Assembly: GCA_964520645.1 (NCBI GenBank)
Contig: CAZFND010000003.1
Location: 881-64,880, forward strand
DNA: 64,000 nucleotides
From: an uncultured Candidatus Saccharibacteria bacterium
Lineage (GTDB): Bacteria > Patescibacteriota > Minisyncoccia > Phycocordibacterales > JAKAEA01
Direction: 5' to 3'
The notes under the pieces were generated by a model. The model did not search any database and was not told where the DNA came from. It saw only the letters and a list, made by a program, of their open reading frames with translations. The position numbers and the translations under genes were made by a program. This document shows, piece by piece, positions 8,861 through 17,870 of this stretch. Numbering within the stretch: position 1 is the first letter of the stretch; each line of letters starts with the position of its first letter.

Positions 8861-10024
8861 TTATTTCTTCTCCTTATCTACAAATGAGAGAGCCATCTTT
8901 TGTTCCTTTGGATCAAAGAGGGTGATCTTAAAGGTGTAGTTCTTTCCAAGTTCAAGCTTTGATCGAAGTTTTTCTTCTGAACCAAATTCTGAAACGTGTA
9001 CAAGACCTGCAATTCCTTCTTCGATAGATGCTAGAGCTCCATGCTTGTTGAATTTGATAACAACACCTTGAACCGTATCATCTTTCTTATATTTTGCAGA
9101 AGCTTCTTTCCAAGGATTTTCTTTGAGAGCCTTGATAGAAAGAGAAACTTTTCCTTCTTTGATTTCAATAATCTTTACATTGATCTTTTGACCAACTTTG
9201 AAGAGAAGTTTTGGATCTTCAACAAGTGACCAGTCGATTTCTGAGATGTGAACGAGTCCTTCAAGTCCTTCTTCAATCTTTACGAAGACACCGAAGTCTA
9301 CGATTCCTGTAATTTCACCTACAACTTCGTCGTTAATCTTGTATTTACCTATAATCTTTTCTTTATCTTTTTGTTCGAGATTCTTTTCTGAGAAAATGAG
9401 TTTTCCTTCTTTTGGAATAGCTGAAATAATAGAAACTGCAATTTTCTGTCCTACCAAGCGCTTGAGTTCTTCAAGAATTCGGTCTTTGTCACCATCAGCT
9501 ACTCGAGGGTAGTGTTCTGCCTTAAGCTGAGATGCAGGAAGGAATCCTTGAATACCTTGCCATGCGATGATAAGTCCACCTTTGTTTGCTTCTGTCACTG
9601 GAAGATCGAAGATCTTATGATCTCGGATAGCATCGAGAGCTTCACCCCAGATAAGCGCTTGTTTTGCTTCTTTAAGAGAAAGTTCTACATATCCATCCTT
9701 ATTGTTTGTATCAACAACTTTTGCTCCTACTTTGTCGCCAATTCCTATCTTTTTAATGATATCTCGAGCAGCAATAAATTCTCGGCCGTAAATAATACCA
9801 GTTCCGTATGGTGGAAGGTCGATAAAAATGGCACTCTTTTCAATGCCGATAACTGTTCCTTCTACTAAATCTCCTACTGTAGGAGGAGTAACACTATCGT
9901 TTAAAACCTTAGACATTAATGTCTCTTTCTTTGGTTTTAACTCTTTTTCTTGCTCAGATTTTGTATCTTCAGTGATATCTGAAGCAACAGGTTCTAAAAC
10001 TGCTGTTTTTGATTTTTTGTCCAT
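8861..10024 (-). CDS. rpsA: 30S ribosomal protein S1 (short 4-domain form)
   Basis: Four S1 repeats (GDLVEGTVIGIE…, GDKVGAKVV…, NDEVVGEITGIVDFGVFVKI…, DDTVQGVVIKFNKHGALASI…). Start chosen at MDKKSK. Confidence 0.8.
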   Translation of the reverse strand: MDKKSKTAVLEPVASDITEDTKSEQEKELKPKKETLMSKVLNDSVTPPTVGDLVEGTVIGIEKSAIFIDLPPYGTGIIYGREFIAARDIIKKIGIGDKVGAKVVDTNNKDGYVELSLKEAKQALIWGEALDAIRDHKIFDLPVTEANKGGLIIAWQGIQGFLPASQLKAEHYPRVADGDKDRILEELKRLVGQKIAVSIISAIPKEGKLIFSEKNLEQKDKEKIIGKYKINDEVVGEITGIVDFGVFVKIEEGLEGLVHISEIDWSLVEDPKLLFKVGQKINVKIIEIKEGKVSLSIKALKENPWKEASAKYKKDDTVQGVVIKFNKHGALASIEEGIAGLVHVSEFGSEEKLRSKLELGKNYTFKITLFDPKEQKMALSFVDKEKK

Positions 10025-10143
10025 AAACGAAAAATGCAATAAGTTCTGAACAATCTGACAGGTCGGGGCGTTCAGGGCTACTTATTGGCTTACTATTAAT
10101 AATGACCGGAGTATAGCGTAAAAGTAGGGGGTTGTAAAGAACA

Positions 10144-10236
10144 CCCCGCCTCACCCCAACCCCTCTCCCTACCGTGAGAGGGGAATACGATCCTCTCCTG
10201 GTAAGGAGAGGATGCCCGCAGGGCAGGTGAGGCGGG
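10144..10236. repeat. nested palindromic intergenic element, copy 1 (full length)
   Basis: ccgcctcacc … cccctctc/gagagggg hairpin … cctctcc/ggagagg hairpin … ggtgaggcgg closing the outer stem. The same architecture recurs at 28610-28707 and, truncated, at 42691-42728. Confidence 0.6.
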
Positions 10237-10274
10237 ATTTTCTAAAAATTAGAAAGCTGCTATACTACACCCAT

Positions 10275-10904
10275 ATGGTTATTACATTTCACGGAAATCA
10301 GTTTTTCAAGATGACGTTTGGAGACACCGTATTAGCCTTCAATCCCATCTCAAAAGATTCAAAACTCAAGTCATCCCGCTTTGGTGCAGATGTTAGTTTA
10401 ATTAGTATTAATAATCCAGATTTTAATGGTAGTGATCAGCTTTCATTTGGAGAAAAACAGCCTTTTGTGATTTCTGGTCCCGGAGAATATGAAGTGAAAG
10501 GCGTATTTATCAAAGGATTTCCTTCTACATCTACATATGGAGGTGAGGCTCTCATTAATACGGTGTATACGCTTGCACTAGACAGCATAAATATCTGTTT
10601 CTTGGGAGCACTTGATTCAAAAGAAATCACTCCTGAAATCAAGGGAGCACTCGATGAAGTAGATATTCTATTTATTCCAATTGGAGGAAAAGGTACTCTT
10701 TCTGCTGCTGATGCATATAAATTGGCTGTTCAATTCGAACCCAAAATAATTATCCCTATAGGGTATGATGATGATAAAGATGCGCTTAAGACATTTTTGA
10801 AAGAAGGAGGAGGTGAGCAATCAAAGCCTGTTGATAAATTGACGCTTAAACGAAAAGATTTGGAAGGCAAAGAAGGTGAAATAGTTATATTAGCAGCTAG
10901 CTAA
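10275..10904 (+). CDS. MBL-fold metal-dependent hydrolase (UlaG/UPF0173-like)
   Basis: MVITFHGNQ… N-terminus and DVLFIPIGG block typical of small metallo-beta-lactamase-fold hydrolases. Start reassigned to the ATG at 10275, preceded by TATACT. Confidence 0.55.
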   Translation: MVITFHGNQFFKMTFGDTVLAFNPISKDSKLKSSRFGADVSLISINNPDFNGSDQLSFGEKQPFVISGPGEYEVKGVFIKGFPSTSTYGGEALINTVYTLALDSINICFLGALDSKEITPEIKGALDEVDILFIPIGGKGTLSAADAYKLAVQFEPKIIIPIGYDDDKDALKTFLKEGGGEQSKPVDKLTLKRKDLEGKEGEIVILAAS

Positions 10905-10910
10905 ACATAT

Positions 10911-11189
10911 ATGAGTACATTTGATTCATTTAAACAAGTTTCTGATACCAAGAAAAAGCAATATGCTTTTGCAATAAGTAGTGTCATTATGATTGGAGTT
11001 ATTGGTATTTGGGCAGGTACATTACCAGCTCGATTTGCACAACCTGCTGCAGTACAAGAAGCTCCAGCTGTGCAGCCAATATCAGAAGCGGCTGGGCGAG
11101 CACAAGTAGAAAGTATTTTAAATGGTTCATCAAATGGTGTACAAATTATAGATTCAACAACTACTGCTCCATTGAATGGAAGTTATTAA
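10911..11189 (+). CDS. hypothetical membrane-anchored protein
   Basis: Single TM (AFAISSVIMIGVIGIWAG) then an Ala/Gln/Pro-rich segment; no recognisable domain. Confidence 0.3.
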   Translation: MSTFDSFKQVSDTKKKQYAFAISSVIMIGVIGIWAGTLPARFAQPAAVQEAPAVQPISEAAGRAQVESILNGSSNGVQIIDSTTTAPLNGSY

Positions 11190-11209
11190 TGATATAGGAT
11201 AATTCTCAT

Positions 11210-13678
11210 ATGGCTGAAAAAAACACCAAAAAATCGGCGGACATTGCTCCAGTACCACATATTAACGTTGTAGATCGAAGTATCTCGACAGAAATGCGCG
11301 AGTCTTTTATCGACTATGCCATGTCTGTTATTACAGATCGTGCGCTTCCTGACGTGCGAGACGGATTGAAACCGGTACACCGAAGAATTCTCTATGCTAT
11401 GCATGAGATGAATTTGACGGCATCTGCAAAGTTTCGAAAATCGGCTGCAGTAGTGGGAGAAGTGCTCGGTAACTATCACCCTCATGGTGATGTGGCTGTA
11501 TACGATTCTATGGTGAAGATGGCACAAGACTTTTCTATGCGCTATCCGCTTATTATGGGCCAAGGAAACTTTGGTTCTATTGATGGAGACTCAGCAGCGG
11601 CTATGCGATATACCGAAGCCAAGATGTCTCGTCCTGCAAGTGAATTGCTTCGAGATATTGAAAAGGATACGGTAGATTTTCGCCCTAATTACGATGGTAC
11701 CCGAAAGGAGCCATCAGTGTTACCTGCAGCTGTTCCCAATTTATTACTCAATGGAACTCTTGGTATTGCTGTAGGTATGGCAACAAACGTTCCTCCTCAC
11801 AATCTTGGAGAAATTGTAGATGCTACAGTTCATCTCGCAGAAAACAAAGATGCAACCAATGAAGATTTGATGGGCTTTATCAAAGGTCCAGATTTTCCTA
11901 CCGGAGGAGTTATGTATGGTGAAAAAGATATTCATCATGCATATGCAAATGGAAAGGGAGGTATTGTCGTACGAGGTGAAGCAGAAATAATCGAATCAAA
12001 GTCAGACAATTTTCAAATTATAATTACTTCTATTCCGTATCGAGTAAATAAGGCTGATCTTATTATGTCTATTGCTGATCTCGTTCGAGACAAAAAGCTC
12101 GAAGGAGTAAAAGGATTACGTGATGAATCATCAAAAGATATCCGTATTGTAATTGATTTAAAAAACGGTGTTCATCCACAAAAAGTTCTCAACTTTATAT
12201 ACAAGCACACACAGCTCGAAGAAACATTTCACTTAAACATTGTTGCGCTTGTAAATGGCGTACCACAAACCCTTCCACTCAAATCTATCCTTCAGGAATT
12301 TATTGCACACCGAATGGTGGTGGTGCGACGACGTACTGAATACGATCTTAAAAAAGCAGAAGAACGCGAGCACATTTTGATTGGTCTTAAGAAAGCACTC
12401 GATCATATCGATGAAATCATTGCGCTTATTAAACGATCAAAAGATACTCCAACTGCTCATGCCAATTTGATGAAGGAGTTTAAGTTTTCTGCGATTCAGG
12501 CAACTGCAATTTTGGAAATGAGATTGCAAAAGCTCGCCGGACTTGAACGAAAGAAGATTGAAGACGAACTCAAGGCGATTCAAGCACTTATCGAAGAGCT
12601 CAAATCTATTTTGGCTAGTCCAAAGAAGATGCTTACTATTATTAAAGATGAGCTTAAACTTATTAAAGAAAAGTACGGTGATGAACGAAAGACACGTCTT
12701 GTAAAAGGTGCAGTACAGACATTTTCTGAAGAAGATCTTGTTCCTGATGAAGAATCAGTACTTGTAATGACAGCAGGAGGTTATATTAAGCGTACTGATC
12801 CTGAAGAATATCGAAAGCAAAAGAGAGGTGGAGTAGGAGTTGTAGATCTTGATACTAAAGAAGAAGATTTTGTTACAGCACTTCTTACAACAAATACGCA
12901 TAGTGACTTGCTCTTCTTTACTGATAAAGGAAAAGCATATCAAATGAAGATGTATGAAATTCCAGAAGGACGTCGTGCTACTCGAGGAAAATCAATTATG
13001 AACTTCCTTGCACTCGAAGGCACTGAGAAGGTTACATCTATTATTGCAATGCCAAAGGCTGCAAAAGATAGTAGTTTGTCATTGCTTATGGTGACTCGCG
13101 ACGGAGTAGCTAAGAAAGTAGCTGCAGAAAGCTTCCACGATGTACGACGTTCTGGAATCATAGCTATCAAGCTTGCACCAAGTGATCAGCTTATCTCTGT
13201 ATCATTTGTAGATAAGGGAGACGATGCAATTGTTGTCACATCTGAGGGGCAATCTATTCGATTTAAAGAATCTGACGTTCGAGAAATGGGCCGTGGTGCT
13301 GCAGGAGTAACTGCAATACATTTAGGAAAAGGAGATAGTGTTATTTGTGCTGATATTGTGAAAAAAGATTTCAAAGATCCATCATTGCTTGTAGTAATGA
13401 AGAATGGTTATGGTAAAAAGACTGATTTGAAAGAGTACAAAGTTCAAAAACGAGGTGGATCAGGTATCAAGACTGCTCAAGTAACTGACAAAACAGGAAA
13501 TGTGATTGCTGCTAAGGTAGTAATAGAAGATGGCTCAGAGCTTGTTGCTATGTCTAAGAAGAGTCAGGTTATACGTGTAGATATTAATGAAGTTCCATCT
13601 CTTGGACGTCAAACTCAAGGTGTACGTATTATGAAACTTCGAGATGGTGATGCTATCGCTTCTGCGGTGTGTTTGTAA
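11210..13678 (+). CDS. gyrA: DNA gyrase subunit A
   Basis: [28 protein letters not shown], active-site [12 protein letters not shown], and C-terminal beta-pinwheel repeats. Confidence 0.95.
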   Translation: MAEKNTKKSADIAPVPHINVVDRSISTEMRESFIDYAMSVITDRALPDVRDGLKPVHRRILYAMHEMNLTASAKFRKSAAVVGEVLGNYHPHGDVAVYDSMVKMAQDFSMRYPLIMGQGNFGSIDGDSAAAMRYTEAKMSRPASELLRDIEKDTVDFRPNYDGTRKEPSVLPAAVPNLLLNGTLGIAVGMATNVPPHNLGEIVDATVHLAENKDATNEDLMGFIKGPDFPTGGVMYGEKDIHHAYANGKGGIVVRGEAEIIESKSDNFQIIITSIPYRVNKADLIMSIADLVRDKKLEGVKGLRDESSKDIRIVIDLKNGVHPQKVLNFIYKHTQLEETFHLNIVALVNGVPQTLPLKSILQEFIAHRMVVVRRRTEYDLKKAEEREHILIGLKKALDHIDEIIALIKRSKDTPTAHANLMKEFKFSAIQATAILEMRLQKLAGLERKKIEDELKAIQALIEELKSILASPKKMLTIIKDELKLIKEKYGDERKTRLVKGAVQTFSEEDLVPDEESVLVMTAGGYIKRTDPEEYRKQKRGGVGVVDLDTKEEDFVTALLTTNTHSDLLFFTDKGKAYQMKMYEIPEGRRATRGKSIMNFLALEGTEKVTSIIAMPKAAKDSSLSLLMVTRDGVAKKVAAESFHDVRRSGIIAIKLAPSDQLISVSFVDKGDDAIVVTSEGQSIRFKESDVREMGRGAAGVTAIHLGKGDSVICADIVKKDFKDPSLLVVMKNGYGKKTDLKEYKVQKRGGSGIKTAQVTDKTGNVIAAKVVIEDGSELVAMSKKSQVIRVDINEVPSLGRQTQGVRIMKLRDGDAIASAVCL

Positions 13679-13736
13679 AAAATTGTGTTGATAACTTTTG
13701 CTATTAGCATTTCTTCCAAACTGCTATACTAGAGCT

Positions 13737-14270
13737 ATGGCTTTTTCTGATCCAATAAAAAATTTAGAATCTCTCAGCTTGAGTGAAGGTGCTGTAGTTG
13801 CTGACCTTGGTGCGGGATCTGGTTTTTATACCGTTGCTGCAGCACAGCTTGTACAAGCTCATGGAAAAGTGTATGCAGTTGATGTTCAGCAAGACTTATT
13901 AAGTCGTCTTAAGAACACAGCACATGAAGCACGGCTCACTAATATTGAGTATGTGCATGGTAATGCAGAAAAAATAGGAGGAACACGTATACGCGATAAT
14001 TCAGTAGATGTTGTTTTGGCGTGCAATATATTCTTTCAAATAGAAGAAAAAGAAAATTTCTTAGCGGAGGCAAAAAGAATTCTCAAGCCGAGTGGTAGAA
14101 TATTGCTTGTAGATTGGGAAGATTCGTTTGGTGGAATGGGTCCACAACCGCAGCATGTGGTGGCACCTACAGAAGCACGAGAATATTTACAAAAAGCAGG
14201 ATTTACTAAGGTAAGTGATATTGATGCAGGAGAGCATCATTATGGCTTTATATATAGAAAACAATCATGA
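13737..14270 (+). CDS. class I SAM-dependent methyltransferase
   Basis: Motif I VADLGAGSGFY and ILKPSGRILLVDW. Start set at MAFSDP. Its stop overlaps the start of the next gene. Confidence 0.7.
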   Translation: MAFSDPIKNLESLSLSEGAVVADLGAGSGFYTVAAAQLVQAHGKVYAVDVQQDLLSRLKNTAHEARLTNIEYVHGNAEKIGGTRIRDNSVDVVLACNIFFQIEEKENFLAEAKRILKPSGRILLVDWEDSFGGMGPQPQHVVAPTEAREYLQKAGFTKVSDIDAGEHHYGFIYRKQS

Positions 14271-15556
14271 AAGGAAGCAATTTTCAAATTATATTTTTAG
14301 GAGTATGTATATTTTTAGCAATTGCAGGACTTCTTTATTTTGCAGCATTTAAAGCATCTGACCAAAAATCAGCAATTTCAATTGTAATTTGGGGTACATT
14401 ACCTAATAGTTCTGTAAATGGATATATTACGCAGCTTACAAAAGATAATGAAGATTATAGTATTGCCTATGTTCAAAAACGTGCAGACACATTTGATCAG
14501 GCTTTCCTTGAAGCATTAGCTTCTGGTACTGGTCCTGATGCTCTTTTGGTGAGTCAGGATACATTGCTTAAGTATAGGAATAAGATTGTTACATTGCCAT
14601 ATTCAAGCTTGTCTAAACAAGCATTTAAAGACACCTATATTTCAGCAGCAGAAGTATATTTAAATTCAGCAGGAACATTGGCGCTTCCATTTTCGATAGA
14701 TCCATTAGTAATGTATTGGAATCGAGATTTGTTTACTAATGCTCAAATTGCATTACCTCCTAAGACATGGGATGAATTTAATACCGTGGCACCTCAGATC
14801 ACTCAACGACAAGGGTTACTTAATATCACACAAAGTGCGGTAGGGTTGGGAGAATTTAGAAATATAACTCATGCCAAAGAAATCGTGAGTCTTCTTATGA
14901 TGCAGTCAGGAAATCCTATTGTAGTTGCAAATGATGCTGGATATTTTTCATCAGTAATAAGTAGTAATAAATCAACATCTGCTCTGACATTCTTTACTCA
15001 ATTTGCAAATCCAGACAAAGAAGCATATTCATGGAATCGTTCATTAGCTGAGTCAAAGAATTTATTTTTAGCTAATAAACTCGGTGTATATTTTGGATAT
15101 GCGAGCGAATTAGCAGAATTGAAAGCAAAAAATCCAAATCTTAATTTTAGTGTAGCAGTAGTTCCTCAATTAAAACCTACTACAAATGTCCCTCAAGTAA
15201 AAATGACCTACGGAGGCATGTATGGTCTTTCTATTGTACGAAATACAAAGAGTGTATCTGATACAGCAAAAGCTCTTATCTTTTTAACAAGCAAAGAGGG
15301 AAGTCCTATTTGGAATACAATTACTGGATTGCCTTCAGTAAGAAGAGATAGTGTTACAAGCCAAGGAAACAACGAAGCTTCTGGCGTCTTTGCAACATCT
15401 GCATTGTGGGCGCGAGCATGGCCAGATCCAAATGGTCCACTCACGAATAAAATCTTTCAAGACATGGTTGAAAATGTGACATCTGGTCGGCTTGATCCTG
15501 GTGGAGCAGTATCTCAAGCGCAAGGAGAAATTCAAAACGTGATCAATAAACAATAA
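14267..15556 (+). CDS. membrane-anchored extracellular solute-binding protein (SBP family 1-like)
   Basis: N-terminal TM, then IVIWGTLP… and GTGPDALLVSQDTLLKY pattern typical of MalE-type SBPs. No permease or ATPase is adjacent. Confidence 0.55.
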   Translation: MKGSNFQIIFLGVCIFLAIAGLLYFAAFKASDQKSAISIVIWGTLPNSSVNGYITQLTKDNEDYSIAYVQKRADTFDQAFLEALASGTGPDALLVSQDTLLKYRNKIVTLPYSSLSKQAFKDTYISAAEVYLNSAGTLALPFSIDPLVMYWNRDLFTNAQIALPPKTWDEFNTVAPQITQRQGLLNITQSAVGLGEFRNITHAKEIVSLLMMQSGNPIVVANDAGYFSSVISSNKSTSALTFFTQFANPDKEAYSWNRSLAESKNLFLANKLGVYFGYASELAELKAKNPNLNFSVAVVPQLKPTTNVPQVKMTYGGMYGLSIVRNTKSVSDTAKALIFLTSKEGSPIWNTITGLPSVRRDSVTSQGNNEASGVFATSALWARAWPDPNGPLTNKIFQDMVENVTSGRLDPGGAVSQAQGEIQNVINKQ

Positions 15557-15557
15557 T

Positions 15558-15998
15558 ATGAAGAAAATTATTCTCGTCTTATTCCTAACCATATTTTCAG
15601 TACAGTTTTTGTTTCCTACTTTTGCACGTGCTAATGGTGGTGGCTTCTCATTAGGACTAGTACCTTGTGGTCAGGGAGATAGAATAGTGAATAATGTTGT
15701 GCAATCATCACCACCATGTGATTTGCAGCAATTTGTAATCATGATTAGAAATATCATTGATTTTCTTGGTTTTCTTTCCATACCTATAGCCACCATTGCC
15801 ATCACTGTAGCTGGATTTGTTCTTATATTTGCTCGAGGAAATGTAGAGCGAATTAAATATGCTAAGAATATTCTGATAAAAGTACTCATTGGATTTTTGA
15901 TTGTGCTGTGTGCATGGGGATTGGTATATCTCATTACGAGTACCTTACTTGATCCATGTGCACAATATCTTGGTACTCCAAGTGCTGCATGTAAATAG
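15558..15998 (+). CDS. VirB2/TrbC-like (T4SS-pilin-like) small secreted two-TM protein, paralog 1
   Basis: Signal peptide (…FARA), four Cys, two C-terminal hydrophobic helices separated by a short basic loop (ARGNVERIKYAKN). Only 2 nt gap from the upstream SBP gene. Confidence 0.5.
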   Translation: MKKIILVLFLTIFSVQFLFPTFARANGGGFSLGLVPCGQGDRIVNNVVQSSPPCDLQQFVIMIRNIIDFLGFLSIPIATIAITVAGFVLIFARGNVERIKYAKNILIKVLIGFLIVLCAWGLVYLITSTLLDPCAQYLGTPSAACK

Positions 15999-16014
15999 TC
16001 ATCAATAAAAATAT

Positions 16015-16488
16015 ATGAAAAAAAATAGAATAATTATTATCACATTACTTTCACTCTGTATGTATACTGGATTTATTATAAGTAATGTTCAATTTGCTTA
16101 CGCGCAACTTGGTGGTACACAAGCAGGGCAAACAGGAGGAACTCAATCTGGTCAGACTGGAGGGACACAATCTGGACAAATAGGTGGTACACAAGCAGGA
16201 CAGCCTGGAGGAATATATACCGTTCCTAACCCTCTAAAAGGGCCTACAACCCTCCTTGGAGTGCTCGCGGTAGTATTGGATGTCGTAGTGCAAGTTGGAG
16301 CTGTTATAGCGGTTCTCTTTATTATTTGGTCAGGTTTCCTCTTTATCACTGCTCAGGGAAATCCAGAAAAAATAAGAATAGCAAAAAGTACTCTCTATAC
16401 CACACTCGTAGGAACAGCTTTGGTACTCGGATCAAGTGTAATTGCAAGTATTTTAGTAAATACAGTTAATAAAGTTACTAATAAATAA
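16015..16488 (+). CDS. VirB2/TrbC-like pilin-like protein, paralog 2 (with GGTQxGQ tandem repeats)
   Basis: Signal peptide, then (GGTQ[AS]GQ[TI]) x4 encoded by 21-nt tandem repeats at about 16110-16200, followed by the same two-helix core (…IIWSGFLFITAQGNPEKIRIAK…). Confidence 0.5.
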   Translation: MKKNRIIIITLLSLCMYTGFIISNVQFAYAQLGGTQAGQTGGTQSGQTGGTQSGQIGGTQAGQPGGIYTVPNPLKGPTTLLGVLAVVLDVVVQVGAVIAVLFIIWSGFLFITAQGNPEKIRIAKSTLYTTLVGTALVLGSSVIASILVNTVNKVTNK

Positions 16489-16492
16489 CTAC

Positions 16493-16870
16493 ATGAAAAA
16501 ATTAGGAATTATTATAAGTATAGCTGCTTTCCCGGGTATTATATATGCTGCTGATGTTACGGATTTATTGAGCTTGTTTAATTTTATGACGCAGCTCATC
16601 AATGCGTTTGTTCCACTATTATTTGGCCTTGCGATGCTTGCATTTTTATGGGGAATGGTGAAGTTTATTTACTATGCTGATGATCCAAAGCGTCGTGCCG
16701 ATGGGAAATATGTCATGATCTGGGGGGTCGTTGCTCTTGCCGTGATGATGTCTATGTGGGGATTGGCGCTTACGTTAAAAAATATGTTTTTCTCTAACTC
16801 TCCTGCACCAATAAATGTTTCTAACAATGGACATACTCAGTATGATGAGCCTATCGATAATAATTTATAG
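16493..16870 (+). CDS. VirB2/TrbC-like pilin-like protein, paralog 3
   Basis: Signal peptide; core LFGLAMLAFLWGMVKFIYYADDPKRRADGKYVMIWGVVALAVMMSMWGL matches the array consensus. Confidence 0.5.
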   Translation: MKKLGIIISIAAFPGIIYAADVTDLLSLFNFMTQLINAFVPLLFGLAMLAFLWGMVKFIYYADDPKRRADGKYVMIWGVVALAVMMSMWGLALTLKNMFFSNSPAPINVSNNGHTQYDEPIDNNL

Positions 16871-16991
16871 GCATAAGATATCCACATTCTTGTTGCAATT
16901 TTCTCATCAGTAGCTCATAATTTAGAAAGCTTTTTAGTTTTTGTATAAAAACAAAAAGGTCGTTAGTATTATTAGTTTATTTTTATTATAA

Positions 16992-17381
16992 ATGAAAAAA
17001 TTTTTAGTAGGTGCTTCATCAATAGCAGCACTTGCACTTCCAAGTCTTGCTTTTGCAAACTCAAACTCAATCAGTTTGAATCTTTCAGGTTTTCAAGGAT
17101 CAGTAGCAAGTCTTACTGATGCTGTAAACTCATTGGTTCCATTTGGTCTTGCTGTTGCTGTTATCGTATTTATTTACGGTATCATTCGATACATCATCGG
17201 AAAGGATGCTGGTGCACAGTCAGAAGCTCGAAGTTATATGATTTGGGGTGTTGTAGGTATTGCTGTTATCTTGGCAGTACTTGGACTTGCAAAGCTTCTT
17301 ACAAATCTTCTTGGAGTTCAGACAGGTTCAGGAGGTGTAGTTGGTAATGATCTTCCACAGGTTCCAAATAGTGCTAACTAA
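16992..17381 (+). CDS. VirB2/TrbC-like pilin-like protein, paralog 4
   Basis: Signal peptide (…LAFA); core FGLAVAVIVFIYGIIRYIIGKDAGAQSEARSYMIWGVVGIAVILAVLGL. Confidence 0.5.
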   Translation: MKKFLVGASSIAALALPSLAFANSNSISLNLSGFQGSVASLTDAVNSLVPFGLAVAVIVFIYGIIRYIIGKDAGAQSEARSYMIWGVVGIAVILAVLGLAKLLTNLLGVQTGSGGVVGNDLPQVPNSAN

Positions 17382-17403
17382 GTATTTATAGTATTTACGC
17401 TTC

Positions 17404-17745
17404 ATGCAATTATTTGGCACTCTCTATACTCCTCTTAAAACATATGTCATTTTTCCAGCAATAGGAATACTGTTTGGAGTAGCGATGATTTATTTTTTGT
17501 GGGGGATGGTAGTCTTCATTTGGAGTTCTAGTAACGAAGAAGGACGACAAAAAGGGAAGGAGCACATGATGTATGGAGTTTTGGGACTAGCTATTATGTT
17601 GTCAGTGTATGGTATTATGAATTTTATTCTTGCTACCATACGAAGTATTGGACCGGGTCTGCATTACGATGCCAATGGTATTCGTCAGGATAGGCCGGTT
17701 GAAAATCCTTCCACATTAATGGATCTTGAAGGTTCCAATAAGTAA
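17404..17745 (+). CDS. VirB2/TrbC-like pilin-like protein, paralog 5 (no cleavable signal peptide)
   Basis: Core LFGVAMIYFLWGMVVFIWSSSNEEGRQKGKEHMMYGVLGLAIMLSVYGI starts almost at the N-terminus; distinct C-terminal tail. Confidence 0.45.
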   Translation: MQLFGTLYTPLKTYVIFPAIGILFGVAMIYFLWGMVVFIWSSSNEEGRQKGKEHMMYGVLGLAIMLSVYGIMNFILATIRSIGPGLHYDANGIRQDRPVENPSTLMDLEGSNK

Positions 17746-17757
17746 CTACAAATAAAC

Positions 17758-17797
17758 AAAAACTACGTAATACTTTCTGGTATAACGTAGTTTTTGT
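17758..17797 (+). terminator. rho-independent terminator after the pilin-like array
   Basis: aaactacgt…acgtagttttt hairpin followed by a T-run. Confidence 0.55.
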
Positions 17798-17814
17798 TTG
17801 GGGAAATTAAGTAT

Positions 17815-17844
17815 GAAAAAAGCGGGACAACTATGTCGTCCCGC
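17815..17844 (-). terminator. rho-independent terminator of the high-GC cassette gene 1
   Basis: On the minus strand, gcgggacgacatagttgtcccgc followed by TTTTTT, about 30 nt after the stop at 17871. Confidence 0.6.
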
Positions 17845-17870
17845 TCTGGTTTAGCACGAAGTGCTGATGT

